The notes under the pieces are model-generated. The model was not told the DNA's origin and made no database searches. It saw only the letters and a list, made by a program, of their open reading frames with translations. A stretch of 64,000 nt of DNA from an uncultured Bacteroidales bacterium (GTDB taxonomy: Bacteria; Bacteroidota; Bacteroidia; Bacteroidales; JAAYJT01). The DNA is taken from assembly GCA_964349765.1 (NCBI GenBank), contig CAYGGZ010000010.1, forward strand, positions 1,277 to 65,276. Reading direction: 5' to 3'. Both the position numbers and the translations under genes were made by a program. This document shows positions 57,491 to 64,000 of this stretch, piece after piece; position 1 is the first letter of the stretch; the number at the start of each line of letters is the position of its first letter.

Positions 57491-59587
57491 ATGAAAACAC
57501 ATTTACTGTTGCGCCTTCTATTATTTACTGCGGTAATGACCGCCCATAACCATCTATTTGCGCAGTCAGGTTGGTTCTACCAAAATCCGCTGCCCACAGG
57601 GAATATTCTCTGGGGCGTCTCCTTCACCGATTCCAACACAGGGACAACGGTGGGAGGGAATGGCACAATTCTTCGCACCACCGATGGCGGCTTAAACTGG
57701 ATAATCCAGTCAAGCGGAACGAAGGAGCATCTCTATGGCGTCTGCTTCACCGACGCCCAAACAGGAACCGTGGTGGGAGATAATGGCACAATTCTTCGCA
57801 CCACCGATGGCGGCTCAAGCTGGATAAGCCAGTCAAGCGGAACGACAAATAATCTCAGGAGTGTCTCCTTCACGGACGCCAGCACAGGAACGGCGGTGGG
57901 AGAATGGGGTACAATTCTTCGCACCACCGATGGGGGCTCAAGTTGGATAAGTCGGTGGAGCGGAACGATGGAGTGGCTCTTGGGCGTCTACTTCACCGAC
58001 GTTAACAGAGGAACGGTGGTGGGAGCATGGGGCACAATTCTTAGCACCACCAATGGCGGCTCAAGCTGGATAAGCCAGTCAAGCGGAACAACGCTTGCTC
58101 TCTATGGCGTCTCCTTCTCCGACGCCAGCAGAGGAACGGCGGTGGGATCAGGTGGCACAATTCTTCGCACCACCAATGGCGGCTCAAGCTGGATAAGCCA
58201 GTCAAGCGGAACAACGCGTGCTCTCTATGGCGTCTCCTTCACCGACGCCAACACAGGAACGGCGGTGGGAGAATGGGGCACAATTCTTCGCACCACCGAT
58301 GGCGGCACAAGCTGGATAAGCCAGTCAAGCGGAACGACGTGGAGTCTCAATGGTGTCTCATTCACCGGTGACACCACCGGAACAGCGGTGGGAGGTTCTG
58401 GCACAATTCTTTGCACCACCAATGGCGGCTTAAACTGGGTAAACCAGTCAAGTGGAACAACGCATAATCTCTATGACGTCTTCTTTACCGACGCCACCAC
58501 CGGAACAGCGGTGGGAGGTTCTGGCACAATTCTTCGCACCACCAATGGCGGCTTAAACTGGGTAAACCAGCCAAGCGGAACAACGCTTAATCTCTATGAC
58601 GTCTTCTTTACCGACGCCAGCACAGGAACGGTTGTCGGAATGGATGGCACAATTCTTCGCACAACCGATGGCGGCTTAAGCTGGATAAGCCAGTCAAGCG
58701 GAACGTCGGAGTTTCTCTATGGAGTCTCCTTCACCGACGCCAACACTGGAACGGTGGTGGGCTCGGATGGCACAATTCTTCGCACCACCGATGGCGGCTT
58801 AAGGTGGATAAGCCAGTCAAGCGGAACGATGAATTCTCTCCGTGCCGTCTCCTTCACCGACGCCAACACAGGAACGGCAGTGGGATGGGCTGGCACAATT
58901 CTTCGCACCACCGATGGCGGCTCAAGCTGGATCAGCCAGTCAAGCGGAACGACGAATCCTCTCCGTGCCGTCTCCTTCACCGACGCCAACAGAGGAACGG
59001 CGGTGGGAGCATTGGGCACAATTCTTCGCACCACCGATGGCGGCTTAAACTGGATAAGCCAGTCAAGCGGAACGACGCAGTGGCTCTATGGCGTCTTCTT
59101 CACCGATGCCAACACAGGAACAGCAGTGGGATGGGCTGGCACAATTCTTCGCACCACCGATGGCGGCACAAGCTGGATAAGGCAGTCAAGCGTAACAACG
59201 GTGTCTCTCTTGAGCGTCTCCTTCACCGACGCCAACACAGGAACGGCGGTGGGAGAATGGGGCACAATTATTCGCACTCTACCCGTTACGGGAATTAGGG
59301 AAGACTTTTTTTCCACCAACCCATCAGGTTTTTCGTTAATGCAGAACTTCCCTAATCCCTTTTACCCAAGTACCACAATACGGTTTTCTGTTCCCAGGTC
59401 AGGATTCGTCTCCCTTACGGTTTACGATCAGCTTTGGCGGGAAGTTGCTGTTTTGGTAAGTGGAGAGAGACCGGAGGGCACATATACGGTTGTGTGGGAT
59501 GCAGCAGCACTAACCGGTGGCTTATATTTTTACCGCCTTCAGGGTACCGAATTCTCCGAAACGAAAAAAATGATATTGCTCAGATAA
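57491..59587 (+). CDS. Paralogue 3: secreted 14-blade Asp-box repeat protein with T9SS sorting domain
   Basis: Start at ATG 57491 (MKTHLLLRLLLFTAVMTAHNHLFAQ). It has 14 blades. The CTD is nearly identical to those of paralogues 1 and 2. Confidence 0.85.
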   Translation: MKTHLLLRLLLFTAVMTAHNHLFAQSGWFYQNPLPTGNILWGVSFTDSNTGTTVGGNGTILRTTDGGLNWIIQSSGTKEHLYGVCFTDAQTGTVVGDNGTILRTTDGGSSWISQSSGTTNNLRSVSFTDASTGTAVGEWGTILRTTDGGSSWISRWSGTMEWLLGVYFTDVNRGTVVGAWGTILSTTNGGSSWISQSSGTTLALYGVSFSDASRGTAVGSGGTILRTTNGGSSWISQSSGTTRALYGVSFTDANTGTAVGEWGTILRTTDGGTSWISQSSGTTWSLNGVSFTGDTTGTAVGGSGTILCTTNGGLNWVNQSSGTTHNLYDVFFTDATTGTAVGGSGTILRTTNGGLNWVNQPSGTTLNLYDVFFTDASTGTVVGMDGTILRTTDGGLSWISQSSGTSEFLYGVSFTDANTGTVVGSDGTILRTTDGGLRWISQSSGTMNSLRAVSFTDANTGTAVGWAGTILRTTDGGSSWISQSSGTTNPLRAVSFTDANRGTAVGALGTILRTTDGGLNWISQSSGTTQWLYGVFFTDANTGTAVGWAGTILRTTDGGTSWIRQSSVTTVSLLSVSFTDANTGTAVGEWGTIIRTLPVTGIREDFFSTNPSGFSLMQNFPNPFYPSTTIRFSVPRSGFVSLTVYDQLWREVAVLVSGERPEGTYTVVWDAAALTGGLYFYRLQGTEFSETKKMILLR
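57600..59280 (+). repeat. 14 tandem 123-bp coding repeats inside paralogue 3
   Basis: Same repeat core and the same 123-bp period. Confidence 0.9.
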
Positions 59588-59752
59588 GGGGCAATAGCAA
59601 CTAACACGGCAAACACCGACGCTTTCTTTGCCTTCCTGCGTACCGAAGGCACTTCGGAACGTCGGTTGATAGGGTTCTGGTTATGCTCAGGAAAGAAATT
59701 ATTGTGGCTGCTCCGCTCTCATTTTGGCGGGCAACATGTTCTGGCATTTCAA

Positions 59753-59760
59753 TATATTTG
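59753..59760 (+). promoter_or_regulatory. -7 box (TAtaTTTG) upstream of paralogue 4
   Basis: tatatttg within ttcaatatatttgtccatg. It implies a leader of about 285 nt. Confidence 0.4.
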
Positions 59761-60044
59761 TCCATGCATTTTTACCCCAAAATCAAACTATTAATTACAG
59801 ATGTAAAATATTGGATGGGTGGGGTGGAAACGATTAAACATTATAGTGCCATGCAAGTGATAAGTAACTATATGTAACTTGACTGAAAAAGTGTTTTTTT
59901 GATATAAAACTCAATAAATTGTTTATGTTTGTTCCTGCATTGAATGAATCGATAAACGGGTTCTCCGATGTTATCAAATCAATAAGAAAAAATGAATTTT
60001 TAGGACCCCCCAACAATTTTAAAAACAAAAAGAAAGGATCACTT

Positions 60045-62150
60045 ATGAAAACACACTTATTGTTGCAAATTCTATTGCTGACTGTGGTAATAACCGCCCA
60101 TAACCGTCTATATGCCCAGCAAGGTTGGTTTTGGCAGAATCCGCTGCCCACAGGGAATATTCTCTGGGGTGTCTCCTTCACCGATTCCAACACAGGGACA
60201 GCGGTGGGAGGGAATGGCACAATTCTTCGCACCACCGATGGCGGCTTAAACTGGATAAGCCAGTCAAGCGGGGCGTGGCAGGATCTCAGGTGCGTCTCCT
60301 TCACCGACGCCAACACAGGAACGGCAGTGGGAACAAGTGGCACAATTCTTCGCACCACCAATGGCGGCTCAAGCTGGATACGCCAGACAAGCGGAACGGT
60401 TGACTGGCTCTATTGCGTGTTTTTCACCGACGCCAACACAGGAACGGTAGTGGGAGAGGGTGGCACAATTCTTCGCACCATCAATGGTGGCTCAAGCTGG
60501 ATAAGCCTGTCAAGCGGAACGACGAATCATCTCAATGGCGTCTTCTTCACCGACGCCAACACAGGAACCGTGGTGGGAAATAATGGCATAATTCTTCGCA
60601 CCACCAATGGCGGATTAAGCTGGATAAGCCAGTCAAGCGGAGAGGGGTATGATCTCCATGACGTTTACTTCACCGACGCCAACAGAGGAACGGTGGTGGG
60701 ATCAGGTGGCACAATTCTTCACACCACCGATGGAGGCTTAAGCTGGGTAAGCCAGTCAAGCGGAGTGGGGTCGTCTTTCTATAGCGTCTCCTTTTCCGAC
60801 GCCAACACCGGAACGGCGGTGGGAACTGGTGGAAGAATCCTTCGCACGACCAATGGCGGCTCAAGCTGGACAAGCCAGTCAAGCGGAACAACAGAATTGC
60901 TCTTGGACGTCTATTTTACTGGCGCAAACACAGGAACGGCGGTGGGATGGGATGGTACAATTCTTCGCACAACCAATGGCGGCACAAGCTGGACAAGCCA
61001 GTCAAGCGGAACATGGCAGGATCTCTCTAGTGTATCCTTCATCGACGCCCACACTGGAACGGTTGTGGGAAATGGTGGCACAATTCTTCACACCACCAAT
61101 GGCGGCTCAAGCTGGATAAGCCAGTCAAGCGGAACAACGCATCATCTCTATGACGTCTCCCTCACCGACTCCAACACAGGAACGGTGGTCGGAATGGATG
61201 GCACAATTCTTCGCACAACCGATGGCGGCTCAACCTGGATAAGCCAGTCAAGCGGAACGACACAGTGGCTCTATGGCGTCTTCTTTACCGACTTCAATAC
61301 AGGAACGGCGGTGGGAAGCTGGGGCACAATTCTTCGCACCACCGATGGCGGCTCAAGCTGGATAAGCCAGTCAAGCGGAACGTCGGAGTTTCTCTATGGA
61401 GTCTACTTCACCGACGCCAACACTGGAACGGTGGTGGGAAGCTGGGGCACAATTCTTCGCACCACCGATGGCGGTTCAAGCTGGATAAGCCAGTCAAGCG
61501 GAACGACGGACCATCTCGAGAGCGTCTCCTTCACTGACGCCAATAGAGGAATGGTGGTGGGAGCGGATGGCACATTTCTTCGCACCACCAATGGCGGCTT
61601 AAGCTGGATAAGCCAGTCAAGCGGAACGGGGCAGGATCTCAAGAGCGTCTCCTTCGCCGACGCCAACACAGGAATGGCGGTTGGAAACTACGGCACAGTT
61701 CTTCGCACCACCAATGGTGGCTTAAGCTGGAAAAGCCAGTCATGCGGAACAACGGAGCATCTTTATGGCGTCTCCTTCACCAACGCCAACACCGGAACGG
61801 TGGTGGGAAAATTCGGAATAATTCTTCGCACCAACACAGGAGGTATTGTGGGAATTAGGGAAGACTTTCTCTCCATCAACCCGTCAGGATTCTCTTTGAT
61901 GCAGAACTACCCAAATCCGTTTTACTCCAATACCACCATACAATTTACTATCCCCCGGTCAGGATACGTCTCCCTTACTGTTTATGATCAGCAATTGCGA
62001 AAAGTTGCAGTGTTGGTAAGTGGAGAGAGATCGGCAGGGACATATTCTGTAGTGTGGGATGCTCCCCCATCACTGGCAGGTGGCTTGTATTTTTACCGCA
62101 TTCAGAGTAGCGAATTCTTCGAAACGAAAAAAATGATATTGCTCAGATAA
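60045..62150 (+). CDS. Paralogue 4: secreted 14-blade Asp-box repeat protein with a diverged T9SS sorting domain
   Basis: Start at ATG 60045 (MKTHLLLQILLLTVVITAHNRLYAQ). It has 14 blades. The CTD QNYPNPFYSNTTIQF...GGLYFYRIQ...KKMILLR differs from 1-3 at many nucleotides. Confidence 0.85.
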   Translation: MKTHLLLQILLLTVVITAHNRLYAQQGWFWQNPLPTGNILWGVSFTDSNTGTAVGGNGTILRTTDGGLNWISQSSGAWQDLRCVSFTDANTGTAVGTSGTILRTTNGGSSWIRQTSGTVDWLYCVFFTDANTGTVVGEGGTILRTINGGSSWISLSSGTTNHLNGVFFTDANTGTVVGNNGIILRTTNGGLSWISQSSGEGYDLHDVYFTDANRGTVVGSGGTILHTTDGGLSWVSQSSGVGSSFYSVSFSDANTGTAVGTGGRILRTTNGGSSWTSQSSGTTELLLDVYFTGANTGTAVGWDGTILRTTNGGTSWTSQSSGTWQDLSSVSFIDAHTGTVVGNGGTILHTTNGGSSWISQSSGTTHHLYDVSLTDSNTGTVVGMDGTILRTTDGGSTWISQSSGTTQWLYGVFFTDFNTGTAVGSWGTILRTTDGGSSWISQSSGTSEFLYGVYFTDANTGTVVGSWGTILRTTDGGSSWISQSSGTTDHLESVSFTDANRGMVVGADGTFLRTTNGGLSWISQSSGTGQDLKSVSFADANTGMAVGNYGTVLRTTNGGLSWKSQSCGTTEHLYGVSFTNANTGTVVGKFGIILRTNTGGIVGIREDFLSINPSGFSLMQNYPNPFYSNTTIQFTIPRSGYVSLTVYDQQLRKVAVLVSGERSAGTYSVVWDAPPSLAGGLYFYRIQSSEFFETKKMILLR
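60155..61845 (+). repeat. 14 tandem 123-bp coding repeats inside paralogue 4
   Basis: Same repeat core, with somewhat more substitutions than in paralogues 1-3. Confidence 0.9.
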
Positions 62151-62259
62151 GGGGCAATAGCAACTAACACGGCAAACTCTGACGCTTTCTTTGCCTTCCT
62201 GCCTGCCGAAGGCACTTCGGAACGTCGGTTGATAGGGTTCTGGTAAAGAACAGGAAAGA

Positions 62260-62283
62260 AATTAGACCGAATTAATCTGGGTT
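62260..62283. repeat. Collapsed copy 8: only the two element ends, joined
   Basis: aattagaccgaattaatctgggtt. Its reverse complement, aacccagattaattcggtctaatt, joins the left end (aacccagattaa) directly to the right end (attaattcgg), with no internal hairpins. Confidence 0.6.
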
Positions 62284-62325
62284 TATTACTTGATCTAAGT
62301 TTCAACACCGCTTGTTGTCTGTAAT

Positions 62326-63261
62326 TCACAAAGCATTCCTAAAATACTCAATTGTTTTTTTCAATCCTTCTTCAAGAGGAATTATGGGTTCCCAATTAAG
62401 TAGTTTTCGTGCCATAGCTATTTCGGGCCGGCGTTGCATCGGGTCGTCGGAAGGAAGTGGGTGAAACACGAGTTGAGACATCGAACCGGTAAGTTGTATC
62501 ACCATACTGGCTAACTGAAGGATTGTGAATTCGCCGGGGTTCCCAAGGTTAACAGGGCCTGTTATTTCGTCGCTGGTGTTCATAAACCTGATCATCCCTT
62601 CAACGAGATCGTCAACATAGCAGAAACTGCGTGTCTGCGAACCATCGCCATAGATTGTGATGGGCTTATTTTGCAACGCCTGAACGATAAAGTTTGAAAC
62701 CACCCTGCCATCGCTGGGGTGCATACGTGGGCCGTAAGTATTGAAGATTCGTATAATCTTTATGCAAACTTTGTTCTGTTTGTGGTAGTTTACAAAAAGT
62801 GTTTCAGCAGCTCTTTTTCCCTCATCGTAGCAAGCTCTTTCGCCAATAGGGTTCACATGGCCCCAGTATTCTTCGGGTTGGGGGTGTATCTGCGGATCGC
62901 CATATACTTCGCTTGTGGAGGCCTGAAGAATCTTTGCTTTAATTCTTTTGGCAAGTCCAAGCATATTTATGGCCCCCATCACCGATGTTTTTATTGTTTT
63001 AATTGGATTATACTGATAATGAACGGGCGAAGCCGGACAAGCGAGGTTATAAATCTCGTCTACTTCGATATAGAAGGATTGGGTAACGTCGTGCCGTACA
63101 AGTTCGAAGTAAGGATTGTTTAAAAGATGCACTACATTTTTTTTCTGCCCGGTAAAGTAGTTATCCAAACACACCACTTCGTTGCCCTCATTCAGAAGGC
63201 GCTCGCAAAGATGCGAACCCAGAAAACCGGCGCCGCCAGTAACAAGTATACGCTTTTTCAT
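62326..63261 (-). CDS. UDP-glucuronate decarboxylase (UDP-xylose synthase), SDR family
   Basis: 311 aa. [23 protein letters not shown], and the typical UXS length. Confidence 0.85.
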   Translation of the reverse strand: MKKRILVTGGAGFLGSHLCERLLNEGNEVVCLDNYFTGQKKNVVHLLNNPYFELVRHDVTQSFYIEVDEIYNLACPASPVHYQYNPIKTIKTSVMGAINMLGLAKRIKAKILQASTSEVYGDPQIHPQPEEYWGHVNPIGERACYDEGKRAAETLFVNYHKQNKVCIKIIRIFNTYGPRMHPSDGRVVSNFIVQALQNKPITIYGDGSQTRSFCYVDDLVEGMIRFMNTSDEITGPVNLGNPGEFTILQLASMVIQLTGSMSQLVFHPLPSDDPMQRRPEIAMARKLLNWEPIIPLEEGLKKTIEYFRNAL

Positions 63262-63276
63262 TTGCTTGCCCTACAC

Positions 63277-64000
63277 TTACAAACTGTTTGGCATTGGAGG
63301 AATACCGATGCATTCGTAATGAAAGCCTGATGCAGCCATCTCGTTTCGATCGTAAATATTGCGTCCATCGAAGATTACAGGCGACTTCATAAGTTTCTTC
63401 ATTACTTTAGTGTTTGGGAAACGGAATTCTGTCCATTCGGTAATAAGCAGGAGGCAGTCGGCTTCAATCAGTGCGTCGTACATATCTTTTGAGAAAGTTA
63501 CTTTATCGCCAATACGGCGCTGCGCTTCGTGCATGGCAACAGGATCGTAAACCTTGATCTCGCACCCCGCTTTTAAAAGGTGTTCTATCAGAACCAGCGA
63601 AGGTGCTTCTCGCATATCGTCGGTTTGCGGTTTGAATGATAACCCCCAAACAGCAACTGTTAATCCTTTGAGGTTGCCATTAAAAAATCGGAGCATCTTC
63701 TTAAACAACACAGCTTTTTGGTCGTCGTTAACTTCTTCAACTGCCTTCAACACCCTCAATGGATAATTGTTTTGCTCCGCCGTTTTTATCAGGGCTTTAA
63801 CATCTTTTGGGAAGCACGACCCACCATAGCCAACACCTGGGTAAATAAAACGTGGTCCAATTCTGGAATCGCTTCCAATGCCTTTGCGAACCATATTCAC
63901 ATCGGCTCCTAATAACTCGCACAGGTTGGCGATATCATTAATAAAACTGATTTTCGTGGCAAGCATTCCATTTGCTGCGTATTTGGTCATTTCGGCCGAC
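63277..64000 (-). CDS. ugd: UDP-glucose 6-dehydrogenase, C-terminal two thirds (N-terminus outside the window)
   Basis: The frame stays open to position 64000 (...[28 protein letters not shown]). It includes [10 protein letters not shown] (catalytic Cys) and the C-terminal UDP-binding domain. Confidence 0.9.
   Translation of the reverse strand, partial: SAEMTKYAANGMLATKISFINDIANLCELLGADVNMVRKGIGSDSRIGPRFIYPGVGYGGSCFPKDVKALIKTAEQNNYPLRVLKAVEEVNDDQKAVLFKKMLRFFNGNLKGLTVAVWGLSFKPQTDDMREAPSLVLIEHLLKAGCEIKVYDPVAMHEAQRRIGDKVTFSKDMYDALIEADCLLLITEWTEFRFPNTKVMKKLMKSPVIFDGRNIYDRNEMAASGFHYECIGIPPMPNSL

Noticed and set aside
59683-59877. The 64-aa ORF in the unique spacer before paralogue 4, and the 76-aa ORF 38127..38357 upstream of hppA.
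   Set aside because: They lie in AT-rich sequence with promoter-like boxes inside them. They have no recognisable motif or start context, and are more likely leader or promoter DNA.
52860-61845. CRISPR array or diversity-generating retroelement as an explanation for the periodic repeats with localised variability.
   Set aside because: There is no repeat-spacer organisation. The units are contiguous, in frame and coding. No cas genes, reverse transcriptase or template repeat occurs anywhere in the window, and the variable codons do not show an adenine-specific substitution pattern.

Overview
This 64-kb window looks like a chromosomal segment of a Bacteroidota genome. Supporting signs are type-A T9SS C-terminal sorting domains, CarboxypepD_reg-type TonB-dependent receptors paired with DUF4249, a SusB-like GH97, TAnnTTTG -7 promoter boxes and A-rich leaders without Shine-Dalgarno sites.

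Positions 1-52,350 are mostly housekeeping genes. They include a PIN/PhoH ATPase, blc, ade, an M1 aminopeptidase, folP-cdaA, tpiA, prmA, dnaN, pckA, ppdK, a nuclease-nupC-thyA-folA operon, hppA, gcvP and dnaB. A small starch cluster follows (pullulanase, SLC45-like MFS transporter, GH97).

The clearly accessory part is 52.4-62.3 kb. It holds four tandem paralogous genes of about 2.4 kb. Each encodes a signal peptide, 14 near-identical 41-aa Asp-box (BNR/Ycf48-like) blades and a T9SS sorting domain, and each has its own promoter box. All four share a conserved 3' flank. The repeats are almost invariant at the nucleotide level except at a few fixed codon positions. Blades are shuffled between paralogues, and different segments pair different paralogues. 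I consider this array the most interesting object in the window.

A second recurrent signal is a modular palindromic intergenic repeat family with at least 8 copies, some abutting the paralogue array. The window ends with UDP-glucuronate decarboxylase and a partial UDP-glucose 6-dehydrogenase.

No rRNA, complete tRNA, CRISPR array, transposase or integrase was seen. All family assignments come from motif recognition by eye; no database search was run.
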